A stretch of DNA of 64,000 bases from an uncultured Candidatus Binatia bacterium (GCA_965242525.1 OZ251459.1:416001-480000), one strand, 5' to 3'. Positions 19,737-31,313 are shown, numbered from the stretch's first letter. Made by a program: numbers and translations. Notes: a model not told the origin generated them from the sequence alone.

Positions 19737-19888
19737 ATCGCCAAAAGTGCGCCTGGGCACAAAACTATCCTCAGAGGGGTTCTCAGGCGCAGAATTGGCG
19801 TCCGAATGTGCCACAAATCCCATTCAACTACTCATCAAACCTCCCAGGGACTACACATCTGTTGTCTTCTGGTCTCCTGAAATAGAGG
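19737..19888 (+). promoter_or_regulatory. CRISPR leader
   Basis: Non-coding, AT-richer stretch between cas2 and the first repeat; the degenerate repeat lies at the far end of the array. Confidence 0.7.
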
Positions 19889-22800
19889 GTTCCCGATCCC
19901 CATGAGGGGTAATGAGGCCGAGCAGGAAGCCCTCGACGCGCGGGACGACGCCGTTCCCGATCCCCATGAGGGGTAATGAGCAAGTCAAAGAACACATGGG
20001 GCCACCAGTCCGACATTGTTCCCGATCCCCATGAGGGGTAATGAGGGTGTAAATGATACGCCCACGACCCCCGATCAACGGCACGAGTTCCCGATCCCCA
20101 TGAGGGGTAATGAGACCGTGGTGGTGGTCGCGTTCGCCGTGGGCGTGCTGAGTTCCCGATCCCCATGAGAGGTAATGAGTGGCAGTCGATCCGTGAGGCC
20201 CTGGGGGTGGACGCGCTGTTCCCGATCCCCATGAGGGGTAATGAGCCGCCCTACGGTATCGACTTCATCCGGGATGCCCTGAGTTCCCGATCCCCATGAG
20301 GGGTAATGAGACCTCAGCCCCTGATATGCTACCAGGAGCAGCGTGTGGTTCCCGATCCCCATGAGGGGTAATGAGGTATCAGGGCCGCGGCGGTGGGGCG
20401 GGAGGTCATCGAGTTCCCGATCCCCATGAGGGGTAATGAGAGGGGCCACCGCGTCTTGATCCACCGGCGCCGGCTGGGCGTTCCCGATCCCCATGAGGGG
20501 TAATGAGGTGATGCCGTCCGGTCGGTCGTCCTGGGTCCGTCCGAACGTTCCCGATCCCCATGAGGGGTAATGAGCGGCTATCGGGCACGCAGGGGGGGCA
20601 GGACGCCTTCAGTTCCCGATCCCCATGAGGGGTAATGAGCAGGTGCAGTGCGTGCGGATCAACGAGGACCGCTTCGGTTCCCGATCCCCATGAGGGGTAA
20701 TGAGTCCCCGACGCCCACGGGCGACGACCCGGAACTGTACAGTTCCCGATCCCCATGAGGGGTAATGAGCTGTGCGGATGGAGTTCTACAGGTCGGACAG
20801 GCTGGTTCCCGATCCCCATGAGGGGTAATGAGACGGGGGCGCCATCCTGCTCCGTGCGCACTACCAGTTCGTTCCCGATCCCCATGAGGGGTAATGAGTG
20901 GCATCAGGCGCCATGCATCCAGCCAGCACGTCTGCTGTTCCCGATCCCCATGAGGGGTAATGAGCAGATTGAGATTTGCCGCTTCTGTCGGAACGAGGTT
21001 GTTCCCGATCCCCATGAGGGGTAATGAGCCGCATGTCCCTGGTACGCGACTGTTGGACCACGAGTTGTTCCCGATCCCCATGAGGGGTAATGAGATTTGA
21101 AAGTGAATACGGGTGAGAGTGGGGTAATCCTGAGTTCCCGATCCCCATGAGGGGTAATGAGGACGCTTCAGGCGCCTGGTACGTCGCGGACGCCACCACG
21201 TTCCCGATCCCCATGAGGGGTAATGAGAAGCGGATGGAGAGCGCCTCCGCGGAGGTCGAGCGGGAGGTTCCCGATCCCCATGAGGGGTAATGAGGTCCAG
21301 TACGACGTCCCGGCCACCGGCGCCCTCGCCATGTTCCCGATCCCCATGAGGGGTAATGAGACGATCCCTGCGGACCAGTCGCGGCACAGGTCCCGGGTTC
21401 CCGATCCCCATGAGGGGTAATGAGTCGACAGTCCCGAGGCTCCCGTGCCTAGACCCGGTGAAGTTCCCGATCCCCATGAGGGGTAATGAGTGGATCTTCT
21501 CGGCCTGCGCCCCGGACTCCGCGTCCTGGTTCCCGATCCCCATGAGGGGTAATGAGACGGTGACCACGGCCTCCGTGACCAGGTAGAACCAGTAGTTCCC
21601 GATCCCCATGAGGGGTAATGAGGCCGGATACACCACAGGCAGGACGGAGGAGCCTCCGGCGTTCCCGATCCCCATGAGGGGTAATGAGGACATCTATGCG
21701 GCGAACCAGGAACAGGCGCGGGTCGTTCCCGATCCCCATGAGGGGTAATGAGGTGATCGTGTGGACGCTTCCGGGCTTGGACCCCTCGGTTCCCGATCCC
21801 CATGAGGGGTAATGAGATCACGCCGGAGGAGTTCGGCGCCCGGTTCAACCTGGTTCCCGATCCCCATGAGGGGTAATGAGTTCCATTGGCGGGACGACAC
21901 CGTTTTCATCTCGAACACCGTTCCCGATCCCCATGAGGGGTAATGAGAAACCCCAGGAAATCCCGGAAGCGATGCTGGAAGGGGCGTTCCCGATCCCCAT
22001 GAGGGGTAATGAGCACCAGTGCTTGACGCCTGCAACTTCCACCAGGCCCGCGTTCCCGATCCCCATGAGGGGTAATGAGGAGATGCTGGTCTCCGGGTCC
22101 ATCATCAACCATGCCAGTTCCCGATCCCCATGAGGGGTAATGAGAAGGAACTGTTGGGATACCCGCCTACGGCGCGGTTGAGTTCCCGATCCCCATGAGG
22201 GGTAATGAGTTCCATTGGCGGGACGACACCGTTTTCATCTCGAACACCGTTCCCGATCCCCATGAGGGGTAATGAGCTGTTGGTTGTGCTTTGGCGTGAG
22301 GTTTGGAAGGGCGGCCGGTTCCCGATCCCCATGAGGGGTAATGAGACGGCATCCACGACTCCGACCTGTGCGAACATGGAGCGTTCCCGATCCCCATGAG
22401 GGGTAATGAGACGGCATCCACGACTCCGACCTGTGCGAACATGGAGCGTTCCCGATCCCCATGAGGGGTAATGAGTGGACCTCGGCCCGGGTGACCTCCC
22501 CGTCCGCGTCCCGGTTCCCGATCCCCATGAGGGGTAATGAGACCTGGATCGGGCTGCTGCCCCAGCCGGCCGTGAAGGTTCCCGATCCCCATGAGGGGTA
22601 ATGAGCAGGCCACTACGGGCGTGGGTCCGCTCAGGCCCAGGCGTTCCCGATCCCCATGAGGGGTAATGAGTGGACGAGGTCACGGCGGCAGCGGCGACGA
22701 CGATGGACACGTTCCCGATCCCCATGAGGGGTAATGAGCCGCTAACTCCAGCCCTGCTTCCGACGCGATAATCAAGGGTTCCCGATCCCCATGAGGGGTA

Positions 22801-23457
22801 ATGAGAGTCACATCAGGCAGGCGGTGAGCAACGCGGCCGGGGAGGTTCCCGATCCCCATGAGGGGTAATGAGTGGCTAAGTCTCGTCCACCGCGGCCCTG
22901 ACTGCCTCGTTCCCGATCCCCATGAGGGGTAATGAGTGCCGCTGGAGGCCGCGGATGACCGCGACCCTGTCCGGTTCCCGATCCCCATGAGGGGTAATGA
23001 GAAGGCGCTGGTGTCCCGTCTCGGGGCGATGCCGCTGGTTCCCGATCCCCATGAGGGGTAATGAGAGCGAGAAGTCCATGGGCGAGACCGTCTGCGCGAT
23101 GGTTCCCGATCCCCATGAGGGGTAATGAGCTGGTGGGATCGACGTGGGCGGACACAGCGAGCCCGGGTTCCCGATCCCCATGAGGGGTAATGAGCTGGGC
23201 CTCGCGTCCGTGCCGCCGCCGTGGGAGCTGAGTTCCCGATCCCCATGAGGGGTAATGAGCTGGGCCTCGCGTCCGTGCCGCCGCCGTGGGAGCTGAGTTC
23301 CCGATCCCCATGAGGGGTAATGAGGTGGAGTCGATCACCCACTCGGGCGCGGGAGACGACGCCGGTTCCCGATCCCCATGAGGGGTAATGAGCGCGCTCA
23401 CGCGGGGGACGGCGTTTCCAGCCGCTGACGTTCCCGATCTCCATGAGGGGTAATGAG
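19889..23457 (+). CRISPR. CRISPR array, 28-nt repeat GTTCCCGATCCCCATGAGGGGTAATGAG, 55 repeats and 54 spacers (about 35-41 nt; manual count)
   Basis: Direct reading; CCCC-ATGA-GGGG hairpin; single-base variants in repeat 5 (20152) and in the last repeat (23430). Confidence 0.98.
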
Positions 23458-23646
23458 ATCAGGTAAGGGGGAGATCGAGTCAAGCACGGAGCGGTGGCCA
23501 TGTTATCCTGGGAGTACCGGCGCCCCCGGACTGCGTGGCCCTGCGAATCCGCCCGCTCGTCCGGTGCTCCCGCCGTAGTGGAAGCAAATCGCCGCGGTCC
23601 CGTGCTACGTTGGCGACGGTCGCAAATCCACGAACGGAGGAAATCC

Positions 23647-24408
23647 ATGCGCCTGAAGGACAAGGTCGCCATCATCACCGGAGGCGGGCACGGGCTGGGC
23701 AGGGCGTACGCCAAGCAGTTCGCGGAGGAAGGGGCGCGGGTGGTCGTCGCGGACGTGGATGGCGCCGCGGGCGAATCTGTGGCCGGGGAGTTGACCCGAT
23801 CGGGCGGGTCGGGATGGGCGCGGACCGCCGACGTCACCCGGTACGACAGCGTCGAAGGGTTGGTGCGGGAGACCCTCGATCGCTACGGTCGCATCGACGT
23901 GCTGCTCAACAACGCCGCCATCTACGTGACCCGGAAGCTCTGGATGGGGTCGGTGGAAGACTGCCCGCTGGATGAGTGGGACCGGGTGCTGGAGGTGAAC
24001 CTCAAGGGCGTCTTCCTGTGTTGCCGGGCGGTGATCCCGGTGATGAAGCGGCAGCGCTCGGGGAAGATCATCAACGTCGCTTCGGGCACCTTCTTCAACG
24101 GCTCCAGCAACATGCCCCACTACACCAGCTCCAAGGGCGGAGTGGTGGCGCTGACGCGGGTGATGGCCCGGCAACTGGGCGACTGGAACATCAACGTCAA
24201 CTGCATGACCCCGGGCTCCACCATGAGCGAGGACGTGGTCACCGACGAGGTTCGGGAACGGCGCGCCGCGAGCGCCAGCCGACGCGCCCTGAAGCGCATC
24301 GAGGTGCCCGAGGACGTGACCGGCGCCGCGCTCTTCCTGGCCAGTGCGGACAGCGACTTCATGACCGGGCAGTTGCTGGTGGTGGAGGGCGGCGGGATCA
24401 TGCACTGA
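23647..24408 (+). CDS. SDR family oxidoreductase
   Basis: TGGGHGLG, NNAA, YTSSK; GGAGG Shine-Dalgarno. Confidence 0.92.
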   Translation: MRLKDKVAIITGGGHGLGRAYAKQFAEEGARVVVADVDGAAGESVAGELTRSGGSGWARTADVTRYDSVEGLVRETLDRYGRIDVLLNNAAIYVTRKLWMGSVEDCPLDEWDRVLEVNLKGVFLCCRAVIPVMKRQRSGKIINVASGTFFNGSSNMPHYTSSKGGVVALTRVMARQLGDWNINVNCMTPGSTMSEDVVTDEVRERRAASASRRALKRIEVPEDVTGAALFLASADSDFMTGQLLVVEGGGIMH

Positions 24409-24559
24409 GTACGCCGAGGAATCCGCAACGGTTTCTTCGAGGTTCCGGCGTTGCTCCGCCTCGAACCTGCCCCGGAAGCCCTTGCAGCGAGAGGCCGGGG
24501 CGGCGGTGAAGGCCGTGCGGAGGGGAGCGGGGATTGGACGAGGCGGCTGCCGCGGCGTT

Positions 24560-26983
24560 TCAGGCGAGTTTCGAGCGCAGCATCTCGTTGACCAGGCGGG
24601 GGTCGGCCTTGCCGTCCGTGGATTTCATCACCTGGCCCACGAAGAACCCGAGCAGGGTGGTCTTGCCCTGCCGGTAGAGGGCGGCGTTCCCGGGATGGGC
24701 GGCGATGACGGCGTCCACCACCGGCTCCAGTTGGCCCGGGTCCGCCACCTGCCGAAGCCCCCGGCCCTCGACGATCTCCGCGGGGCTCCCTCCGTCCTCC
24801 AGCATGACCGCGAAGACCTGCCGGGCCGCGTTGCCCGATATGACCTGCCGGTCCACGAGGGCCACCAGTTCCGCCGCGGCCGCGGGCGTCACCGGCAACG
24901 ATTCGAGGGGCTTCTCCTTCAGCAGCGGACGCAGTTCGTTGACCACCCAGTTGCCCACCGCTCTCGGGTCGGGGCCGCGGCGAACCGTCTCCTCGAAGAA
25001 CCGGGCGAGGGCGTCGTCCGAGGCCAGCAGCAACGCATGCTCCGCCCCGAGCCCGAGCCGGTTCCGGTAGTCGTCTATCTTCGCCCGCTGGGCCGGGGTC
25101 AGCGCCGCATGGGATGGGGTCCCGCGGTCCGCGGGGGCCGCAGGGCCACGTTGACGATGACCCCGCCCCTGCCCTGCCGGAGTCCCGCGGTCCGCGGGGA
25201 CCGCGGCGGGGGCCTCGGCCCGGGCCGCGGCAGGCCGCGACCGGGAACGCCTCTGCCTGCCGGAGCCGTCTCCCCGCTGCACGAGCTTGAGCCACGAGTC
25301 GCGCAGCGTCACGATGCGGTTGAAGACGATGGCGTCCGGGGCGGAGTCCGGATCCACGCAGAAGTACCCCAGCCGCTCGAACTGGAACCGTTCCCCCGGA
25401 CGCGCGGTCCCGAGGCTCGGCTCCACGTAGCCCCTGACGGTCTCCAGCGACCGGGGGTTCAGCAGCTCCCGGTAGTCCCGGTCCGGGTCGGCCTGGGGGT
25501 CCGCTGCCGAGAACAGCCGGTCATAGAGCCGGAGCTCGGCTCCGAGGGCATGGGCCGAGGACACCCAATGGATCGTCCCCGGGACCTTCCGGCCGCTGGC
25601 GTCGGCGCCGCTTCGGGTCTCCGGGTCGTAGGTGCAGCGCAACTCCCGCACCCTCCCGGTGGCCGGGTCCCTGACCGCTTCCTCGCACTTGACGACGTAG
25701 GCGTAGCGCAACCGCACTTCGCGCCCAGGCGCCAGCCGGTGGTACCCCTTGGGGGGATCTTCGAGGAAGTCGTCCTCCTCGATGTAGAGTTCCCGGGCGA
25801 AGGGGAGCGTCCGCGCTCCTTCCCCGGGCACGTCCCGGGGAAAGTAGGGCGCCTCCAACTCTTCGGTCCGGCCTTCCGGGTAGTTGGAGAGGACCACCTT
25901 GAGGGGGCGCGCCACCGCCAGGACCCGGGGTGCCCGCGGGTTCAGGTGGTCGCGGATGCAGTACTCCAACTGGTCCGTCTCCACGGTGTTGTCGCTCTTG
26001 GCGATGCCGACGCCCCGGCAGAAGTTGCGGATGGCCTCGGGGGTGTACCCCCGTCTTCGGAGTCCCGCCAGCGTAGGCATGCGCGGGTCGTCCCAGCCGG
26101 CCACGCGCTCCTCCTGCACGAGATCCAGGAGCCTGCGCTTGCTCATGACCGTGTAGTCGAGGTTCAGCCGCGCGAACTCGATCTGCCTCGGGGCGGAGGG
26201 CGCGTCCGCCTGTGCGAGGATCCAGTCGTAGAGTTCGCGGTTGTTCTCGAACTCCAGGGTGCACAGCGAGTGGGTCACCCCCTCCAGGGCGTCCGACAGG
26301 GGATGGGCGAAATCGTACATGGGATAGATGGGCCAAGCGTCGCCGGTGTGGTGGTGGGACACGTGGCGGATGCGGTAGAGCACGGGGTCGCGCATCTTCA
26401 TGTTCGGCGAAGCCATGTCGATCTTCGCCCGCAGCACGTGGGCGCCGTCCGGGAACTCCCCCCGACGCATGCGGGAGAACAGGTCCAGGTTCTCCGCCGC
26501 GGCGCGTTCGCGGTAGGGGCTCTCGCGTCCCGGTCGGGTCACCGTGCCGCGGCCTTCGCGTATGGCCGCCTCGCTCAGGCTGCAAACGTAGGCGCGCCCC
26601 CGCTCGATGAGCCGGACGCCGAAGCCGTAGAGCTCGTCGAAGTAGTCCGAGGCGTTGTACGGGACGCCGCCCCAGTCGAACCCCAGCCAGCGGATGTCGT
26701 CCTCGATGGCCTTTGCGTAGAGGGTGTCCTCCTTGGCCGGGTCGGTGTCGTCGAAGCGCAGGTTGCAGCGTCCGCCGAACTCCTCGGCGACCCCGAAGTT
26801 GAGGCAGATGGACTTGGCGTGGCCGATGTGCAGGAACCCGTTGGGCTCGGGCGGAAAGCGCGTCACCACGCCGCCCGGATGCCGGCCCGCGGCCACGTCG
26901 TCCCGGATGATGGCGCGGATGAAGTCCGGGGAAGGCTCGCGCTTCCCCGCATCGCCGCTCTTGGCCGTCTTGCTCATGGTCAT
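24560..26983 (-). CDS. glnS: Glutamine--tRNA ligase with C-terminal GatB/YqeY domain
   Basis: [36 protein letters not shown]; C-terminal GFFVGQVMK...GKADP. Confidence 0.95.
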   Translation of the reverse strand: MTMSKTAKSGDAGKREPSPDFIRAIIRDDVAAGRHPGGVVTRFPPEPNGFLHIGHAKSICLNFGVAEEFGGRCNLRFDDTDPAKEDTLYAKAIEDDIRWLGFDWGGVPYNASDYFDELYGFGVRLIERGRAYVCSLSEAAIREGRGTVTRPGRESPYRERAAAENLDLFSRMRRGEFPDGAHVLRAKIDMASPNMKMRDPVLYRIRHVSHHHTGDAWPIYPMYDFAHPLSDALEGVTHSLCTLEFENNRELYDWILAQADAPSAPRQIEFARLNLDYTVMSKRRLLDLVQEERVAGWDDPRMPTLAGLRRRGYTPEAIRNFCRGVGIAKSDNTVETDQLEYCIRDHLNPRAPRVLAVARPLKVVLSNYPEGRTEELEAPYFPRDVPGEGARTLPFARELYIEEDDFLEDPPKGYHRLAPGREVRLRYAYVVKCEEAVRDPATGRVRELRCTYDPETRSGADASGRKVPGTIHWVSSAHALGAELRLYDRLFSAADPQADPDRDYRELLNPRSLETVRGYVEPSLGTARPGERFQFERLGYFCVDPDSAPDAIVFNRIVTLRDSWLKLVQRGDGSGRQRRSRSRPAAARAEAPAAVPADRGTPAGQGRGHRQRGPAAPADRGTPSHAALTPAQRAKIDDYRNRLGLGAEHALLLASDDALARFFEETVRRGPDPRAVGNWVVNELRPLLKEKPLESLPVTPAAAAELVALVDRQVISGNAARQVFAVMLEDGGSPAEIVEGRGLRQVADPGQLEPVVDAVIAAHPGNAALYRQGKTTLLGFFVGQVMKSTDGKADPRLVNEMLRSKLA

Positions 26984-27017
26984 GGACTACCGACCGCTCG
27001 AGGAACGTCCGCCCGGC

Positions 27018-27875
27018 TCACGCGTGCAGCCGTCCGGTGCCCGCCACGGTGGTGCGCCGCAGCAGGCGCCGCTCGTCTTCGGGATAGACCGTGCGGGCGT
27101 GGATGGAGCAGAGGTTGTCCCACATCAGCAGGTCTCCCACCTCCCAGGCGTGTTCGTACCGGAGGCTCGGGTCTTCCGCGATGTCGAACAGGGTATGGAG
27201 CACGGCGTCGCTCTCCGCGGGGTCCATGCCCTCGATGCGGACGGACATCATGCGGTTCACGTACAGCGCCTTGCGTCCAGTCACCGGGTGGGTGATGAAT
27301 ATGGGCTGCACGTAGTAGCGGGCGCCGTCCAGATCCACGTCCGCGTCCACCCGGTGCCGCTGGTAGTCGTACACCTGCAAGACCCTGCAACCCTCGAGCC
27401 TCTCCTTCAAGTCCCCGGGCACGTTGTCGTACGCGGCGTACATGTTGTTGACCAGGGTGCGGCCGCCGTGGGCGGACACCTCGATGCCGTACAGTATGGT
27501 GGCGGCGTCGGGCACCTCGTGGAACGCGGTGTCCTGGTGGAAGCCCAGCTCGGCGTCGCCGTTGGCCGAAGCCCCCGCCAGCGGCTTGCCGTCCTCCAGG
27601 ATGTTGCTCACCACCATCACCGGCGTGGTGTAGACGTCGTCCGCGGACTTGCGCAGCCGCGGCCCCACGGTGCGCTTGCCGATGTCGCCGAAGGCGGTGG
27701 TGAAGCGGTTCTGCTGCTCCACGGTCAGGTCCTGGCCGCGGAAGAGCAGGGCCACGTGCTCGTAGAACAGGGCCAGGATCGCGTCCCGTGTCGGTTGGTC
27801 CAGGGGCCGGCCCAGGTCGAGTCCCTGGATCTCCACCCCCAGGGCGGGCGCAAGCGGTCGTGTGGTCAAGTTCAT
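27018..27875 (-). CDS. TauD/TfdA family 2OG-Fe(II) dioxygenase
   Basis: FHQDTAF, HPVTGRKALYVN, WDNLCSIHAR. Confidence 0.9.
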   Translation of the reverse strand: MNLTTRPLAPALGVEIQGLDLGRPLDQPTRDAILALFYEHVALLFRGQDLTVEQQNRFTTAFGDIGKRTVGPRLRKSADDVYTTPVMVVSNILEDGKPLAGASANGDAELGFHQDTAFHEVPDAATILYGIEVSAHGGRTLVNNMYAAYDNVPGDLKERLEGCRVLQVYDYQRHRVDADVDLDGARYYVQPIFITHPVTGRKALYVNRMMSVRIEGMDPAESDAVLHTLFDIAEDPSLRYEHAWEVGDLLMWDNLCSIHARTVYPEDERRLLRRTTVAGTGRLHA

Positions 27876-27898
27876 GGCGTCCTCCTCCCGGTTCCGGC

Positions 27899-28753
27899 TC
27901 ACCCGTGCACGGGCTCGGCGCCGGCCACGGTGCAGCGCCGCAGGATCCGGCGCTCCCGGTTGGGGAAGTCTGTGCGCGCGTGGGTGGAGCAACGGTTGTC
28001 CCACATGAGCAGGTCCCCCACCCGCCACCGGTGGTCATAGACGATGCGGGGGTCCTCGGCGATGTCGAACAGTTGGTCGAGGATGGCGTCGCTCTCGCTC
28101 CGGTCCATGCCTTCGATGTGCGCGGTCATGGTCCGGTTCACGTAGAGGGCCTTCCTGCCGGTGACCGGATGGCGCACGAATATGGGTTGCGGGTGGCTGC
28201 GGGCCCCCGCCATGTCCACGTTGGGGTCGATGCGATAACGGTTGTAGTCGTACACCTGGAGGACGGTGCGCCCTTCGAGCCGGTCCCGGAGCGCCGCGGG
28301 GATGCGCTCGTAGGCCTTGTACATGTTCGAGACCCGGGTGAGGCCCCCGCGGGTGGTGACCTCGATGCCGTACAGCATGGTGGCGATGTTGGGCACCGGG
28401 TAGAAGCAGGTGTCGTGGTGGAACCACATGTCGCCGTCGCCGAACGAGGCCGTGCCGCCGGTGGGGCCTTCGTCGCTGCGGTTGGTGACCATCATCACCG
28501 GGCTGGCGTAGGCGTCCTTGGGGGACTTGACGAAACGGGCGCCCACCGTGCGCTTGCCGAGTTCGCCGAAGGTGGCGGCGAAGGCGGTCTGCTGGTCCTC
28601 GGTCAGGTCCTGTCCCCGGAACAGCAGCAGCACGTGCTCGTGGAACGCGTCCAGGACCCGGGCGCGGGTCTCCCGATCCAGCGGCTCCCGCAGGTCCAGG
28701 CCCTCGATCTCCGCGCCGATGGCCGGGCACACGGGTCTGATGGTCAAGCTCAT
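27899..28753 (-). CDS. TauD/TfdA family 2OG-Fe(II) dioxygenase (tandem paralog)
   Basis: FHHDTCF, HPVTGRKALYVN, WDNRCSTHAR. Confidence 0.9.
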   Translation of the reverse strand: MSLTIRPVCPAIGAEIEGLDLREPLDRETRARVLDAFHEHVLLLFRGQDLTEDQQTAFAATFGELGKRTVGARFVKSPKDAYASPVMMVTNRSDEGPTGGTASFGDGDMWFHHDTCFYPVPNIATMLYGIEVTTRGGLTRVSNMYKAYERIPAALRDRLEGRTVLQVYDYNRYRIDPNVDMAGARSHPQPIFVRHPVTGRKALYVNRTMTAHIEGMDRSESDAILDQLFDIAEDPRIVYDHRWRVGDLLMWDNRCSTHARTDFPNRERRILRRCTVAGAEPVHG

Positions 28754-28991
28754 GGGGTTCCCCTCCTGGGTGGGCGTTCCGCCATCCGTCGCCTCCATGC
28801 GGCGACCGCGGGAGCGGGGTCGAGACCTTCGCTCTCGTCGGCGACTCTATCGTTCCATGCCGCGAAGTGTCAAGATCAAGCCCTGCGGGCGCAGGAGCGG
28901 AGCGACCGTTTGAACCGCGGCCCGGGAATTGGCATTGATGGAACGAGGGCCGGGAACCGGACCGGATCCGGAACGATCCGGGATGGACGAA

Positions 28992-29230
28992 GGAAACCCT
29001 GAACAAGAGCGTCCTTCGACTTCGCTTCGCTACGCTCAGGACGAACGGAGATAACAAGGGTGTTGGAGCAGGCGCCGTTCGACAGGGAGGAAACCGGTGT
29101 GAAGGGCCTGCAAACAGGGGCGCTGCCGCGCTATCCTGCGTCCTTGTAGTGGCGGCTACTCCAAGATCCGCAATAGCAGGGGGCAGGGTGAGGGAATCCA
29201 TCCTGGATGTCTCGATCGTCCAGATGTCCC
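28992..29230. repeat. Degenerate MITE/REP-like copy
   Basis: GGAAACCCTGAACAA left end, REP-like unit near 29009-29049, decayed right module near 29184-29230; no target duplication seen. Confidence 0.5.
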
Positions 29231-29287
29231 ACACGAAATCCTGAGGAGCCGGAAAGATTCTCGTTCGACCGGCAGGAGGGAACGTCC

Positions 29288-30085
29288 ATGAAATGGCTCG
29301 AAGGCCAGGTGGCAGTGGTGACCGGCGCGGGGTCGGGGATCGGCAAGGCGGTGGCGGCGCGTTTCGTGGAGGAGGGCGCGAAGGTGGTGGCCTTCGACCT
29401 GTCGGCCGAACGGCTGGCGGCGTTGGAAGACGAGGCGGGGGAGGGGGTGGCGGTGGTGCGCGGGGACGTGAGGAGCCCGGAGGACAACCGGCGGGCGGTG
29501 GCCGCGGCGGTGGCGGAGTTCGGCCGGCTCACCGTGTTCGTGGGCAACGCCGGCATCCACGACGGCAGGCGGGCCCTGAAGGACCTGTCCGACGAGGAGT
29601 TGGAGCGCGGCTACGAGGAAGTCATGGGGGTCAACCTCAAGGGCTACCTGCTGGGCGCCAGGGCGGCCTTGCCCGAGCTGGAGAAGACCCGCGGCAACAT
29701 GGTGTTCACCCTGTCCACGTCGTCTTTCTACGTGAGCGGCGGGACCCTGTACGTGGCCTCCAAGCACGCCGCCCTGGGGATGGTGCGCCAGTTGGCCAAC
29801 GAGCTGGCCCCGTCCATCCGGGTCAACGGCGTGGCGCCGTCGGGCACGGCCACGGGCCTGCGCACCGCGCCGTCCCTGGCCCGCGGCCCGGGCGCCGGGG
29901 ACGACGTGTTCGGCGCTCCCCGGGCTCCCGCGGCGTTGAGCGGGAACCTGCTGGAGGTCGCGGTGGAGCCCGATGACCACGCCGGGGCCTACGTGCTGCT
30001 GGCGTCGTCCCAGTCCCGGGTGATGACCGGCGAGGTGATCCACACGGACGCGGGCCGCGGGGTCACCTCGGTCCTGACCCGGTAG
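29288..30085 (+). CDS. SDR, cis-dihydrodiol dehydrogenase-like (HcaB/BphB-like)
   Basis: TGAGSGIG, GNAGIHD, VNLKGYLLG, GGTLYVASKHA. Confidence 0.8.
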   Translation: MKWLEGQVAVVTGAGSGIGKAVAARFVEEGAKVVAFDLSAERLAALEDEAGEGVAVVRGDVRSPEDNRRAVAAAVAEFGRLTVFVGNAGIHDGRRALKDLSDEELERGYEEVMGVNLKGYLLGARAALPELEKTRGNMVFTLSTSSFYVSGGTLYVASKHAALGMVRQLANELAPSIRVNGVAPSGTATGLRTAPSLARGPGAGDDVFGAPRAPAALSGNLLEVAVEPDDHAGAYVLLASSQSRVMTGEVIHTDAGRGVTSVLTR

Positions 30086-30122
30086 CGTCGAGCAGGTCGC
30101 AACCACGGAGGCGTGCGGAACC

Positions 30123-31313
30123 ATGACCGCGGCATTGCAGGGAACCATGGCCCTCGACTTGAGCGGACACGTGGCGGGGCCGTTCGCCGGGAGTCTCCTG
30201 GGAGACCTCGGTTGCGACGTCATCAAGGTGGAGTTGCCGGACGGGGGCGACACCCACCGCGGGCGGAACCCGCTCTACGAGGGCTACGGCCCCAGCTTCC
30301 GCGCCCTCAACCGGAACAAGCGGAGCCTGACCCTGGACCTGCGGCGGCCCGAGGGCAGGGAGGCGCTGTTCAAGCTGCTGGAGAAGGCGGACGTCCTGCT
30401 GGAGAACTTCCGCCCGGAGACCCGCGCCAGGCTCGGCCTCGATTACGAACCCCTGTCCCGGCTCAACCCGAGGCTGGTGCACTGCTCCATCACGGGCTAC
30501 GGCCAGGAAGGTCCGTACCGCGACAAGCCGGGTTTCGACACCATCGGCCAGGCCCTGAGCGGCATGCTGAGCCTCATGACCGACTTCGACCGGCCCAGGG
30601 TGGTGGGGGTGTCCGTCACCGACCATTCCACCGGGGTGTTCGCCGCCTACGGCATCCTGGCGGCGTTGCTGGCGCGCCACCACACGGGCCGGGGCCAGTT
30701 CGTGGACGCGTCGCTGCTGCGCACCAGCCTGGCGTTCATCGAGTCCCACATGGCCGACTACCTGAACGGCGGCGAGGCCATCACGCGCGAGAACTTCCCC
30801 CGCGGCCGCATCTACTGTTTCGTCCCCGGCGACGGGAAGCCCCTGGTGGTCCACCTTTCCGGGCACCAGAAGGCATGGGAGGGGCTGGTGGCCGCGGTGG
30901 GGCGGCGCGACCTCCTGGACGACCCCCGTTTCGCCACCCGCAACGACCGCTGGAAACACCACTACGACGCGGTTCCCATCCTGCAGGCCGAGTTCGAGAA
31001 GGAGCCGCGTGCGCACTGGCTCGAAGCCCTGGACGCCGCGGGCGTGCCCAACGCGCCCATATACCGCATCGAGGAGGTGCTGGACGACCCGCAGGTCAGG
31101 GAGATGGGCCTGCCCCGGGAGATCCGGCATCCGAAGATGGGGCCGAGCAACCTCATCGGCAACGCGGTCCGGCTCTCCGACACCCCTGCCCGGTTCCATC
31201 GGGCCGCGCCGCTCCTGGGCGAGGACACCGACGACATCCTGCGGGAGATGGGTTACGACGAGGAGACGCTGGCGCGGCTCCGGGAGCGCGGGGTGACCGG
31301 CTCCCGGGGGTGA
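30123..31313 (+). CDS. CaiB/BaiF family III CoA transferase
   Basis: AGPFAGSLLGDLGCDVIKVE, NRNKRS, ENFRP, CSITGYG. Confidence 0.93.
   Translation: MTAALQGTMALDLSGHVAGPFAGSLLGDLGCDVIKVELPDGGDTHRGRNPLYEGYGPSFRALNRNKRSLTLDLRRPEGREALFKLLEKADVLLENFRPETRARLGLDYEPLSRLNPRLVHCSITGYGQEGPYRDKPGFDTIGQALSGMLSLMTDFDRPRVVGVSVTDHSTGVFAAYGILAALLARHHTGRGQFVDASLLRTSLAFIESHMADYLNGGEAITRENFPRGRIYCFVPGDGKPLVVHLSGHQKAWEGLVAAVGRRDLLDDPRFATRNDRWKHHYDAVPILQAEFEKEPRAHWLEALDAAGVPNAPIYRIEEVLDDPQVREMGLPREIRHPKMGPSNLIGNAVRLSDTPARFHRAAPLLGEDTDDILREMGYDEETLARLRERGVTGSRG

Noticed and set aside
19889-23457. Self-targeting spacers within the window
   Set aside because: None noticed by eye, but the check was not exhaustive and needs an alignment.
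19828-23460. Many ORFs with repeating SLPLMGIGN / LITPHGDRE / HYPSWGSGT peptides
   Set aside because: They are translations of the CRISPR repeat, not repeat proteins.
24482-27295. Very long antisense or alternate-frame ORFs (937 aa here; also 3044-5533, 5252-7900, 36826-39531, 54266-56557)
   Set aside because: Shadow ORFs expected at high GC; they overlap genes with clear family motifs and have none of their own.
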